A stretch of 64,000 nt of DNA from Acidobacteriota bacterium (GTDB lineage Bacteria; Acidobacteriota; UBA6911; RPQK01; JAJDTT01), in assembly GCA_965209055.1 (NCBI GenBank), contig OZ242374.1, forward strand, positions 256,001-320,000, given 5' to 3'. A model generated the notes under the pieces. The model was not told where the DNA came from and made no database searches. It was given only the letters and a program-made list of their open reading frames with translations. Positions 1-11,035 of this stretch are shown in pieces (position 1 is the first letter of the stretch; each line of letters starts with the position of its first letter). Position numbers and translations under genes: made by a program.

Positions 1-1
1 C

Positions 2-310
2 CGGGCCATCAACCAATGGTTCAGCACCAGATGTTTCCAAATGCCGGCCCTCGGCACCTTCGGCAACAGCGGCGTCCATTTTCTGGACACCGACGGGTTC
101 ATCAACTTCGATTTCTCGCTGGCCAAGAACTTCTACATTCCTCAGATCAACGAGGAGAGCAAGATTCAGTTGCGGTTCGACTCCTTCAACTTCTTCAACA
201 ACGTGAACTTCGGTAAACCGGGAAGCCGACTGGAGCGGGCCAGTTTCGGCGTCGTTTCGAGCGCCCTGCCGGGACGAATCTTCCAATTTGGACTGAGGTT
301 TTCATTCTGA
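2..310 (+). CDS. C-terminal end of TonB-dependent receptor (Oar-like), 5'-truncated by window
   Basis: Open frame from base 2 (RAINQWFSTRCFQMP...). Ends NFDFSLAKNF...QLRFDSFNFFNNVNF...GRIFQFGLRFSF, the same C-terminal pattern as the full receptor at 33539-37252. Confidence 0.85.
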   Translation, partial: RAINQWFSTRCFQMPALGTFGNSGVHFLDTDGFINFDFSLAKNFYIPQINEESKIQLRFDSFNFFNNVNFGKPGSRLERASFGVVSSALPGRIFQFGLRFSF

Positions 311-315
311 ATCAA

Positions 316-349
316 GCGGGTGGGGGGCATCGGCCCCTCACCCGCGTTT
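316..349 (+). terminator. GC-rich stem-loop after TBDR (terminator or mRNA-stabilising hairpin)
   Basis: GCGGGTGGGGGGC-ATCG-GCCCCTCACCCGC followed only by GTTT, so the U-tract is weak. Confidence 0.45.
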
Positions 350-389
350 CCGGCCAATTCCGTTAAAAAGGACTAAGGGATAGAGGCTT

Positions 390-1781
390 GTGAAAGACTT
401 TGTTCCTTGCCGCCACCTCCGTTGCCAATCATCAGGCTGCGGGCCGATTCCGTTTCCCGAGCGTCAGGCGGATCACTGCCTGACCCGCGTTACCGCCGCC
501 TGTGGTCTTGCGTCCAGGATCGCGGCGCTTCTCCTGGTCCTGCTCGGTGCCGGTTCGATCCTCCCGGGACAGGATCGGGCCCGGGCGCAGGAGCTCTATG
601 GGAGCGCCGTCGCCCTGCTGGAGTCGGGGGACTATGCCGGAGCCGACGAGAAGATCGGTTCCCTTCTCGCCGACTTCCCCGAAATTCCGCAAGCGCTGAA
701 CGTGGCCGGGATTATCGCCGATCTTCGTGGGCAGCCGGAGCGATCCATCGCCTGCTTCGAGCGGGCCGTGGTCCTGCGCGACGATTTCATCGATGCTCGA
801 AGCAACCTGGCCCGCCTCTACGCCAAGACCGGTCGTCTCCAGGAGGCCCGGCGTCAGTTCGAGCGCGTGCTCGATTGGAACCCCGCCCATCTGCCGTCGC
901 TGAAGGGCCTGGTCGAACTGCTCAATGAAACGGGTGACTACGAAGCCGGACTGGAAAACGCAGTCCGGGCACTGGCCCAGGCGCCTGGGGACCCGGAACT
1001 GCTCCTGGTACTGGCCAAGGCTCAGTTCAAGCTGGGGCGGGAGGCGGAGGCTGCGGCAACGACCCGTCGGCTGCGCCGCCTGTTGGCCTTTGACGGCGAA
1101 GGACTCCATGCCCTGGGGCTGATGCTGTTGGAGAACGGCCGCTACGCCGATGCCGTCACGATTCTCCGCGAAGCCGGAGAACGCCAGGGGCGGGATCCGG
1201 AAATCGTCAGCTCCATGGGTATCGGCTACGGTCTGGCCCGGAAGGTCAACCAGGCCATCTCCTCTTTCCAGGAGTCCATCCGTCTGCGCCCCCGGGAACC
1301 GCAGGGATACTTTCACCTGGCTCTTGCCTATGGAATGCAGGGCCGTTTCGACGAAGCCGCCGCCGAGCTTCGCAGAGTGCTGAGATTGGACCCGGAATCC
1401 ACCGACGCGGCTCACCACTTGGGCGTCAGCCTCTACAAGCAGGGGCTCGAGGCCGAGGCGAAGCCATTCTTCACGCAGGTCCGGCAGCGGGAGCCGGACC
1501 GGGTGGAGACCCTCTACTACCTGGCTCTCATTCGTTTCCAGGAGGGCGACTACCCGAAAAGCCTGGGTCTCCTGAGCCGGGTGCTGACTTTGCAAGAGGA
1601 TCACATTTCCGCACACTACAAGGCGGCGCAGGTCAACGCCAAGCTGGGACGCCGGACGGAGGCCCAAGGGCTGCTCCGGGAGTTCAAGCGGCTGGAGTTG
1701 CAGCGGGAGCGTTCGCGGAAGGAAAGATTCCACATCTATGCAGGGGTCGGCGACGACTTCTCCGTCTTCGGAACGAATTAG
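390..1781 (+). CDS. Tetratricopeptide repeat protein, probably exported
   Basis: Many 34-aa TPR-like units (ARSNLARLY...EARRQFERVL; GYFHLALAY...AAAELRRVLRLDP). Hydrophobic segment RIAALLLVLLGAGSILPG. Start uncertain. Confidence 0.85.
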   Translation: MKDFVPCRHLRCQSSGCGPIPFPERQADHCLTRVTAACGLASRIAALLLVLLGAGSILPGQDRARAQELYGSAVALLESGDYAGADEKIGSLLADFPEIPQALNVAGIIADLRGQPERSIACFERAVVLRDDFIDARSNLARLYAKTGRLQEARRQFERVLDWNPAHLPSLKGLVELLNETGDYEAGLENAVRALAQAPGDPELLLVLAKAQFKLGREAEAAATTRRLRRLLAFDGEGLHALGLMLLENGRYADAVTILREAGERQGRDPEIVSSMGIGYGLARKVNQAISSFQESIRLRPREPQGYFHLALAYGMQGRFDEAAAELRRVLRLDPESTDAAHHLGVSLYKQGLEAEAKPFFTQVRQREPDRVETLYYLALIRFQEGDYPKSLGLLSRVLTLQEDHISAHYKAAQVNAKLGRRTEAQGLLREFKRLELQRERSRKERFHIYAGVGDDFSVFGTN

Positions 1782-1803
1782 GACGATCGGGTTCCGGGCA
1801 CGG

Positions 1804-3438
1804 ATGGCCCTGCCGGCCCTGGCGCTTTGGACCTGGCTGCCGGCGGCGCCGGTCCAATTCACCGATATTACGGCGGAGGCCGGGATTCGATTCCGGCATT
1901 TCAACGGGGCCGCCGGCCATTTCTATTTTCCCGAGATCGCCGGACCGGGAGCCGCTTTTCTCGACTATGACCGGGACGGCGACCAGGACATCTTTCTGGT
2001 CAACGGATCGAGCCTGCCGGCGCCGAACCCCGCCACCGACCCCAACAGCCAGTTGTATCGAAACGACGGCAGTGGAACTTTCACCGAGGTCACACCCCGG
2101 TCCATGATCGACCTCAGGGGGTTCTTCGGCATGGGGGCGGCAGCGGGAGACTATGACAACGACGGCGATCCGGACCTTTACGTCACCGGCTACCTGAGAA
2201 GTGTCCTCCTGGTCAACAACGGGGACGGCACCTTCCGGGACGGCACCGATGCAGCGGGAGTCCGGAACCCGGGGCACTGGGCCACCAGCGCCGGGTTTTT
2301 CGACTTCGACCGGGACGGTCTCCTGGACCTCTTCGTCTGCAACTACGTCCGGTTCGACACCGCCGTGAATCCCCCCTGCTCCGGCGGCGGATTCCGGTCC
2401 TATTGTCATCCCAGCGCCTTCGAAGGCGACCCCAACGTCCTCTACCGCAACAACGGTGACGGGACCTTCTCCGACGTGAGCGGGGAGAGCGGGATTGCGG
2501 GCGCGCGCGGAAAGTCTTTGGGAGTGGCCTTCGCCGACTATGATCGGGACGGTTGGATCGACGTGTTCGTGGCCAACGACACCGTGGCCGACTTCCTCTT
2601 CCACAACCAGGGGAATGGCACCTTCCAGGAGGTCGGTTTCCTGGCGGGCGTCGCGTACAATGAGGATGGTCATGCCCGAGCCGGAATGGGAGTGGACTTC
2701 GGCGATTACGACGGGGACGGCCGGCTGGACCTGATCGTCACCAACTTCACTTCCGAGGGAAACGCGCTCTTCCGCAACGCCGGGGATGGGTCGTTCGCCG
2801 AGGTCACCCGCCACACCGGGATCCGCAAGAACAGCTTCCTGAAGGTGGGGTTCGGCGTTCGCTTCTTCGACTACGACAACGACGCCGACCTGGATGTGAT
2901 GGCCGTGAACGGGCACGTGATTCCCCGCATCGCCGAGTACCGGGACGACACCAGCTTTCCCCAGGAAAAGCTCCTTTATGACAACCGGGAAGGGAAATTC
3001 CGGGAACGGTCGAGGGAGTCGGGAGACTGCTTTTCGGTCCGGGACGTGGGGCGGGGCGCCGCCTTCGCCGACATCGACAACGACGGCGACGTCGACGTAC
3101 TGGTGACCAACAATGCCGGCGGGGCGCAACTGCTTCGGAACGACGGCGGTAATCGAAACAACTGGCTGCTCCTGAAATTGGTCGGCGCCAAGAGCAACCG
3201 GGACGGCATCGGAGCCCGTCTCACCGCCCGCATCGGCGGCCGGGTCGTCGTCACCCAGGTCCAGCGGGCGGCCAGCTACCTGTCGAGCCAGGACCGGCGC
3301 GTGCACCTCGGGCTGGGCGCCTCCCCGATAGTGGATCGGCTGCGGATCGAGTGGCCCAGCGGCAGGTCCCAGACGATGCGCGCCCTGCCGGCCAATCGTA
3401 TTCTGACCATCGAAGAGACGGTTCGAGAAGGACCGTGA
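1804..3438 (+). CDS. CRTAC1-family FG-GAP / ASPIC-UnbV protein
   Basis: Repeated DYDxDGDxDL FG-GAP motifs and LYRNNGDGTF repeats. C-terminal SNRDGIGAR...SYLSSQ...VHLGLG...IEWPSG. Start placed at ATG 1804 (ORF opens 1738). Confidence 0.9.
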   Translation: MALPALALWTWLPAAPVQFTDITAEAGIRFRHFNGAAGHFYFPEIAGPGAAFLDYDRDGDQDIFLVNGSSLPAPNPATDPNSQLYRNDGSGTFTEVTPRSMIDLRGFFGMGAAAGDYDNDGDPDLYVTGYLRSVLLVNNGDGTFRDGTDAAGVRNPGHWATSAGFFDFDRDGLLDLFVCNYVRFDTAVNPPCSGGGFRSYCHPSAFEGDPNVLYRNNGDGTFSDVSGESGIAGARGKSLGVAFADYDRDGWIDVFVANDTVADFLFHNQGNGTFQEVGFLAGVAYNEDGHARAGMGVDFGDYDGDGRLDLIVTNFTSEGNALFRNAGDGSFAEVTRHTGIRKNSFLKVGFGVRFFDYDNDADLDVMAVNGHVIPRIAEYRDDTSFPQEKLLYDNREGKFRERSRESGDCFSVRDVGRGAAFADIDNDGDVDVLVTNNAGGAQLLRNDGGNRNNWLLLKLVGAKSNRDGIGARLTARIGGRVVVTQVQRAASYLSSQDRRVHLGLGASPIVDRLRIEWPSGRSQTMRALPANRILTIEETVREGP

Positions 3439-3464
3439 CGTCTTGGTTTGAGGGAGGCTTGGAT

Positions 3465-4673
3465 ATGAGCAATTGCTTGAGACGCCGGGAATTTCTGAAG
3501 ATGGCAATCGCGGCAAACGCGGGGATGCCCTTTTGCGCCCCGGCGCCGCCCCTGCGGACCCGTCCCTTTATTCGGAGCGAGGATCTCTTCGTCGCGGGCG
3601 TGAACGGGGTTCGCGAGTATCGGATTCCGGCTCTGGCGACCACGGCGAAAGGGACGCTGCTGGCCCTCTGCGATGCCCGCGTGGAGGAACCGGGGGATGC
3701 CCCCAACAACATCGACCTGGTCCTGAAACGCAGCGAAGATCAGGGGGAGACCTGGTCGCGGATGGCGGTGGTGGCCGACTTTCCGGGACGCAGGGCGGCC
3801 TGCGATCCCTGCATGCTGGTCGATGGACGGACCGGTAGGGTCTGGGTGATCTACGATCATGTCTGGCCCGACCTCGAGTCTCTGGAGCGGGCGAACCAGG
3901 TTCTTCCCCAGGGGGTGATGCCGGACGGGACGGGCCGGATCATCACTTTGCACGCCATCGTCAGCGAGGACGACGGAAAGACCTGGTCTCCGCCGGAGGA
4001 CATCACCGGCCAACTCACCCAAGAGGGCTGGGTGGCCGTTATGGCCGCTCCGGGAAGAGGGATCCGGACCGCCAGCGGCCGTCTTGTCGTGCCCTGCTAC
4101 TCCCGCCGTGTGGACGGGTCCGGCCGTCAGGGCGACTACTCCTCGGTGGCCTACAGCGACGACCGGGGCCGGAGCTGGACACTGGGGTCGGCCGCCGGTC
4201 CCGCCACCAATGAATGCCAGGTGGTCGAACTGGCGAACGGAGACCTGATGCTGAACATGCGGAGCTACCATGGAAGGGGGTGCCGGGCGGTCGCCACGTC
4301 CGGCGACGGCGGCGAGTCCTGGTCGGAGTTGAGACACGACACCGAGCTGATCGAACCCCGGTGCCAAGCGAGCTTGATCGGATACGGTGCCGGGGCGGGC
4401 AGCGGCGGCTGGAATCGGCTTCTGTTCTCGAACCCGGCCCACCGCAAGGAGCGGGTCAACATGACGGTGCGGCTGAGTTCGGATTCGGGGGCCACCTGGC
4501 CGGTTTCCAGGGTCATTCATCCCGGCCCGTCGGCCTATTCGTGCCTCACGGTGCTGGAGGACGGCAAAGTCGGTCTGCTGTACGAGAATGGCTCCGGGAG
4601 CCCCTACGAGCGGATCAGCTTCGCCCGATTCAATCTGGAGTGGCTGACCGGCGGGAATGTGCCGCCGGCGTAA
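3465..4673 (+). CDS. Exo-alpha-sialidase (GH33-like), Tat signal
   Basis: RRREFLK twin-arginine motif, YRIP motif, five Asp-boxes (SEDQGETW, SEDDGKTW, SDDRGRSW, SGDGGESW, SSDSGATW), NEC, AYS and LYE motifs. GGAGG SD before ATG 3465. Confidence 0.85.
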   Translation: MSNCLRRREFLKMAIAANAGMPFCAPAPPLRTRPFIRSEDLFVAGVNGVREYRIPALATTAKGTLLALCDARVEEPGDAPNNIDLVLKRSEDQGETWSRMAVVADFPGRRAACDPCMLVDGRTGRVWVIYDHVWPDLESLERANQVLPQGVMPDGTGRIITLHAIVSEDDGKTWSPPEDITGQLTQEGWVAVMAAPGRGIRTASGRLVVPCYSRRVDGSGRQGDYSSVAYSDDRGRSWTLGSAAGPATNECQVVELANGDLMLNMRSYHGRGCRAVATSGDGGESWSELRHDTELIEPRCQASLIGYGAGAGSGGWNRLLFSNPAHRKERVNMTVRLSSDSGATWPVSRVIHPGPSAYSCLTVLEDGKVGLLYENGSGSPYERISFARFNLEWLTGGNVPPA

Positions 4674-4751
4674 ATCCCGGCGGCCTGGGATAATCGTAGT
4701 CTGGTGGGGCCGGCTGCTCCCGGCCTGCGGTCCGGACAGGAGGAATCAACC

Positions 4752-5597
4752 ATGAGACTAGCGCTGATTCAGATGGAGAGCGCCATCGGCGGACTCGACG
4801 GAAACATTGCCCGGGCCTCCCGCTTCATCGACGAAGCGGCAGCCGGAGGAGCCGAGCTCCTGGTCCTCCCCGAGTTCTGGAGCACCGGATATTTCCCCCT
4901 GTCGGTGGATTACAGCTTCTACGACCTGGCCGACAGCGACGCCGGAAAGGCCACTACGGCGGTCCGGGATAAGGCGCGGCAGCACGGAGTGCACATCGCG
5001 TCCACCATCTACGAGCGCCAGGGCCCCGGACTCTTTTACAACACCTCCATGATGGTGAGCCCCAAGGGCGAAATCGTCAGCAAGTACCGGAAGGTCCATG
5101 TCCCGGCCCGGAGAGGTCTGGAAAAACTTTTCTACCGCGGCGGTTCCAAGTTTCCCGTGGCTCCGGTGGGCGAGTGGCGGGTCGGCACCATGCTCTGCTA
5201 CGACACCCTGCTGCCCGAACCAGCCCGGTGCCTCGCCCTGAACGGGGCGGAACTGATCCTGGCGCCTTTCGGGGCGTCGACTACCGAGGGGGGGATCTGG
5301 GAACACATGATCATCACCCGGGCCTTCGAAAACGGTGCCTACGTGGCCGCCTGCAATGCGGTCGGGGAACTGCATCTTCCCGATGGCGACGTCTTCGTCC
5401 TGGGCGGCAAGAGCATCATCGTGGATCCGGAAGGGGGGATCGTGGCCGAGGCCCCGGCGTCCGGGGAGATGATCGTCTATGGAGATCTCGGGCTGGACCA
5501 GGTGAACGAGGTCCGCAACCGCTACTTCATGTTCCGGGACCGCCGGCCCGACGCGTATCGAGTCATCACCGCCGACACGGAAGACATTCCCGGGTAG
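4752..5597 (+). CDS. Carbon-nitrogen hydrolase (nitrilase/amidase family)
   Basis: Glu-Lys-Cys triad (LPEF, YRKVH, LCYD), RAFEN, C-terminal RDRRP. AGGAGG SD. Confidence 0.9.
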   Translation: MRLALIQMESAIGGLDGNIARASRFIDEAAAGGAELLVLPEFWSTGYFPLSVDYSFYDLADSDAGKATTAVRDKARQHGVHIASTIYERQGPGLFYNTSMMVSPKGEIVSKYRKVHVPARRGLEKLFYRGGSKFPVAPVGEWRVGTMLCYDTLLPEPARCLALNGAELILAPFGASTTEGGIWEHMIITRAFENGAYVAACNAVGELHLPDGDVFVLGGKSIIVDPEGGIVAEAPASGEMIVYGDLGLDQVNEVRNRYFMFRDRRPDAYRVITADTEDIPG

Positions 5598-5652
5598 ACG
5601 GAAAATCCCCCCGGGCCGCCATGAATTCCGGGACTTGGTTTGCCACCGATGG

Positions 5653-7305
<1,653 letters not shown>

Positions 7306-7372
7306 GTTCCGTATCGGCCTCCGGCCTGCGCCGCGGGGACCGGATGGAGCCGCCGGGAGGCGCCGCCTTCTC

Positions 7373-8440
7373 TCATCGGTTCCGGTCCGGGCAATGGCCT
7401 TCCCGGAAGGCAAAGGGGTCGGCCGATGAAGAATCCTGCGATCTCAGACGTTCGACCCGCTCCAAGGCCCGGCGCGCCAGATCGAGTTCTCCTGCCTCCC
7501 GGTAGAGCTGGGCCAGCAGGTAGTTCGGAGCGATGAACGACGGACACAGATCGATGCTTTTGCGGACAGCAGCCAAGGCATCTTCGGTACTGCCGAGATT
7601 CCGGTGGGCCTTGGCCAGAAGGAAGTAGACACGATGTTTCAGGGAGTCTTCAATTCCGGGTTCCGCCCGCGATAGCTGGCGTTTCGCTTCTTCTACCGTC
7701 CCCTGTTGCAGCAGGATCCCGGCCAGCTCCAGCCGGGCTCTGGCGTGGCCGGGATAGAGGGCGATCTCTCTTCTGAAGGCAGCCGCCGCATTTACCGGGT
7801 TGGACAGGTGGGAATGGAGCATGCCCATCTGAAAACTGAGCCATGGCCGGTTCGGTTCTCCGGAGGCAACCGTGGAATACTCCTTGAGCGCCATCTCGCT
7901 GAAGTTCAGGTTGTTGTAGCTGCGCGCCAGGGACATCCTCGCTTCGACGTTGCCGGGACTGATCTCCAGGACGCGTTTCAGCGCGGTGGCGGCATCCTCA
8001 ATGAGCCGCCTGGCCCTGGGATCGAAGGGATGCAGTCCGGATTCCTCCTGGCGGCCGAGCAGGAACTGCGCCAGATTGTAGTGGAAATCGGGCTGTTGGG
8101 GTTGGATCTCCACCGCCCTGCGAAGATGCCTCTCCGCCTCTTCGTTTTTTCCCAAGCCAGCCAGCACCATGCCGTAGAGTTCCTGGTAGACGGCATTCGA
8201 GCCGTCCTGTTCGACGGCTTGGCGGGCCAACACCGAGGCCTCCTGAAAACGGCCTTGCCGGAACTTCTCCAGGATCTGTTGGTCGAGTCCGGACTGGGAG
8301 AAAACGAGGCTCGCGGTCATGAAGCAGGAGAGAATCCACAGGCCGCCGGTGATGGATCGCCGATGAAGAGGGGGACAGGAAAGTCCCCCCTCCTGTCCCG
8401 CCTCCCACCGGGGACGGACCTGTCTTGAAATTGACGTCAA
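7373..8440 (-). CDS. Tetratricopeptide repeat protein, probably exported
   Basis: TPR-like units (FHYNLAQ, ARMSLARSY, ARLELAGIL, NYLLAQLY). Hydrophobic N-terminal segment. Start uncertain (8440 TTG or 8320 ATG). Confidence 0.8.
   Translation of the reverse strand: MTSISRQVRPRWEAGQEGGLSCPPLHRRSITGGLWILSCFMTASLVFSQSGLDQQILEKFRQGRFQEASVLARQAVEQDGSNAVYQELYGMVLAGLGKNEEAERHLRRAVEIQPQQPDFHYNLAQFLLGRQEESGLHPFDPRARRLIEDAATALKRVLEISPGNVEARMSLARSYNNLNFSEMALKEYSTVASGEPNRPWLSFQMGMLHSHLSNPVNAAAAFRREIALYPGHARARLELAGILLQQGTVEEAKRQLSRAEPGIEDSLKHRVYFLLAKAHRNLGSTEDALAAVRKSIDLCPSFIAPNYLLAQLYREAGELDLARRALERVERLRSQDSSSADPFAFREGHCPDRNR
8371..8393 (-). repeat. REP-like palindrome, GGAG family
   Basis: GGAG-GGGGGAC-TTTCCT-GTCCCC on the minus strand, same architecture as copies at 51611, 56759 and 63334. 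Confidence 0.5.
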
Positions 8441-8448
8441 TCCTGCTC

Positions 8449-9894
8449 TCAGAAGCCGACCTCAGTCAGAAGCTCTCCATACTCCGCGACGAGGAGATCC
8501 ACCGTTTCCGCCACGGGAGGCGCGGGAATATCGTAGGTTCTGACCGCCGCCTCCACCGACATGCCGCCCTGGGCCACCGTCTCGGCCGTGGGCATGTAGG
8601 CCAGAACCCCGTTGCAATACCCTCCGAACATGGTGTGCTTCGCCTTGGATCGTTTCTTGACCCCCAACCCGATCTCCACGAAGGGCTCTCCCGGCTGCGC
8701 CACCAATACGAAATCGTCCAGCCGGATGGCCACGATGTCGAACGACAACGAGTCTTCCCGAACGCCCGCCTTGACTTTATCCAGGACGCCTCTGGCCCAG
8801 ACCTCAACGAGTTGCGCGGGACAGACCTCGGTCGTATCGGCGCCGCTCTCCACCAGCTTTCGCACATTGGCGGCGGCTTCGGCGTATTGGGCTTTTGCCT
8901 GGTCCAGGGAGGGTAGAGGCTGCAGGGGAAGGTCAACCTGACGGCTGGCGGCTTTCAGGACCTTGTGGGTGGGGCCGTCCCTGAACTCCTTGTGGTAGAG
9001 GGCGATCCGGGAGAGCGAGAGGCCGCGTTCCCGGATTTCCTCGTGGGGCCGCGTCTCGATGCCGTAGAAGGCTTGCAGCGCGGCGGCGCCGACAATTCCG
9101 CCGGTGCGTTCCTTCTCGCCCCAGTCGCTCTGCAGAAACGAATAGCACGCCTGGTTTCCTGCGGCTCCGGTGAGGTAGAGGCAGGTGGCTCCGGTCGCCT
9201 GTTCCACGACCCGGCGGACGACGCCGGGAAAATCCTGGCTCAGCAGGTAAGTCTCGAAGCCCATGACCACCGGGTGGGCGGCATAGCTGGCCACCACGGC
9301 GATAGGGTTGCCGTCCAGATCATCCACCCGCAGCACGTCGACGCTATGGTCGGTGGTCCCGTCGGGATTCCGGCCGACCACGACGAGGCCATCCTCGGGC
9401 GCCCGTTCCTCCCGGTTCACGGCCACCGGGGCGTGGCCGCTTCCTGCCGCCGCACGCGCGGGTTGGCGGTCGCTGTCCGCAAGAGCCGCCAATCCGGCGA
9501 GGCGGTTCACCAGGTCCTCGACATAGGCGTCGAGGGCCCGAATCTCTGCCGGGTCGCCGGCGATGTGATGCACGCCACCCAGGATCCGGCGTGCGGTACA
9601 GGGACCGTTGTGGGTGTGGGTGCAACCCAGCGCCACGCAGCCGGGAGATATCCCCACGCGGTCGGCAATGGCCTTGCGGATCTCCGCGGCCAACGGCATG
9701 TCGAATCCGATCAGGTCGCAATCGATGACGACGACCTTGGTTCGCTCGTCGGCCAGTACCAGCGCGGTGGCCAGGAGCGGCGTTTCGACCCCCACCGAAG
9801 GATCCACCCGGCGCATGGCGCCCTCCATCCGGAAGCCCACGGGCGGCGTGATGTCGATGCGCGCAACCCCTGCCGTGAGATGCAGGTTGCTCAT
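8449..9894 (-). CDS. Neutral/alkaline ceramidase N-terminal-domain family hydrolase (cytoplasmic)
   Basis: AGVARIDITPP, CTHTHNGP, YAAHPV, DFPG, GAAGNQ, PGEPFVEIG, GYCNG..AYMPT motifs. Confidence 0.8.
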   Translation of the reverse strand: MSNLHLTAGVARIDITPPVGFRMEGAMRRVDPSVGVETPLLATALVLADERTKVVVIDCDLIGFDMPLAAEIRKAIADRVGISPGCVALGCTHTHNGPCTARRILGGVHHIAGDPAEIRALDAYVEDLVNRLAGLAALADSDRQPARAAAGSGHAPVAVNREERAPEDGLVVVGRNPDGTTDHSVDVLRVDDLDGNPIAVVASYAAHPVVMGFETYLLSQDFPGVVRRVVEQATGATCLYLTGAAGNQACYSFLQSDWGEKERTGGIVGAAALQAFYGIETRPHEEIRERGLSLSRIALYHKEFRDGPTHKVLKAASRQVDLPLQPLPSLDQAKAQYAEAAANVRKLVESGADTTEVCPAQLVEVWARGVLDKVKAGVREDSLSFDIVAIRLDDFVLVAQPGEPFVEIGLGVKKRSKAKHTMFGGYCNGVLAYMPTAETVAQGGMSVEAAVRTYDIPAPPVAETVDLLVAEYGELLTEVGF

Positions 9895-9963
9895 ATTGTT
9901 TCCCTCCTCGTATCTCGGACTTCAATCCACGATGCGATGGATCGATGCAAGACGATACCCCGT

Positions 9964-10764
9964 TCAGGTTCCTCTGACGGGGAGAATGCTCAGCATTCCG
10001 CCGTCCACGTCCAGGACGACTCCGGTCAGAAAGGCTGATTCCTCGGACAGAAAGAACAGGATCGCATGGACGATGTCTGCCGTGGTCGGATTGCGCTGCA
10101 ACGGGATCTCCGCCGCGGTTGCAGCCAGGATGTCTTCCGGAGCCTGTCCGCTGAGCTCGATTTTCCTCTGAAGAACGGATCGACCCATCCCGGTGGTGGA
10201 GACCCCGACCGGGCTCACACAGTTGACGGTCACACCATCGGCGGCGAGCTCGGCCGCCAGGGATTTCGTCAATCCCACCACGCCGGACTTGGCTGCACAG
10301 TAGGGAACGATCTGTGGGCAACCGATTCTGGCGGCATCCGAACCGATGTTGACGATGCGTCCGCGTCCGCTCCGGCGCAGCAGCGGGGCGGCGGCCTGGC
10401 TGCAGAGAAAGGTCCCCTTCAGGTCCACGTCGATGACGTGATTCCATTCTTTCTCCGTGATCTCGTCCAGGGGGGTCATGTGGATGACCCCTGCCGAGTT
10501 GATGAGCGCATCGAGACCTCCAAAACTTGTCCGGCAAGCCTCCACTGCGGTTCTTGCAGACTGTCTCGACGTAACGTCGAGCCCGATCGGAAGCAGATGG
10601 GGATGGTTCAGGGTCCGCGAAGCGCGCTCGAGTTTCCGGGAGTCGACGTCGCCGATGCCCACCTGGTGGCCGCGGTCCAACAACGCGCGGGCGGTCGCGA
10701 GTCCGAAACCATCTGCCCCGCCGGTGACCAGAACACGGCGCGGGTTCGACCGGTTGTCCAACAT
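9964..10764 (-). CDS. SDR family NAD(P)-dependent oxidoreductase
   Basis: TGGADGFG, INSAG, YCAAK catalytic motif, VDGG. Confidence 0.9.
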   Translation of the reverse strand: MLDNRSNPRRVLVTGGADGFGLATARALLDRGHQVGIGDVDSRKLERASRTLNHPHLLPIGLDVTSRQSARTAVEACRTSFGGLDALINSAGVIHMTPLDEITEKEWNHVIDVDLKGTFLCSQAAAPLLRRSGRGRIVNIGSDAARIGCPQIVPYCAAKSGVVGLTKSLAAELAADGVTVNCVSPVGVSTTGMGRSVLQRKIELSGQAPEDILAATAAEIPLQRNPTTADIVHAILFFLSEESAFLTGVVLDVDGGMLSILPVRGT

Positions 10765-10867
10765 GTCATCGACTCCGGAATCGGCCGGCGAGCCCAGGCA
10801 TGATAGGTCGGAGCGAACCACGGAGTAAAGGCGGGTAAACGAGCCTTTCCGTCAGGCGCCGCGGCGA

Positions 10868-10897
10868 TTGACAGTAATGAAGAGCAGGGTGTAAGCT
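10868..10897 (+). promoter_or_regulatory. Putative sigma70 promoter
   Basis: TTGACA-N18-TAAGCT upstream of the DUF1553 gene. Confidence 0.55.
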
Positions 10898-11035
10898 AAT
10901 TGCCATATGTCCTAAGCCAATGTCCGGGTGTCCGGGTTTCAAAATACCGTGTGCCGTGGTCAGGTAAAACATCGGCGTCCCCGCAAAAGCTGGGTTAATT
11001 CTTCCCTTACACACGCCAATCGTTCAGTAAGGACA

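Noticed and set aside
1960-3110. Recurring GACxACGACGGC motifs resembling a repeat array (also 6020-7160)
   Set aside because: They are FG-GAP protein repeats inside CDS, not CRISPR.
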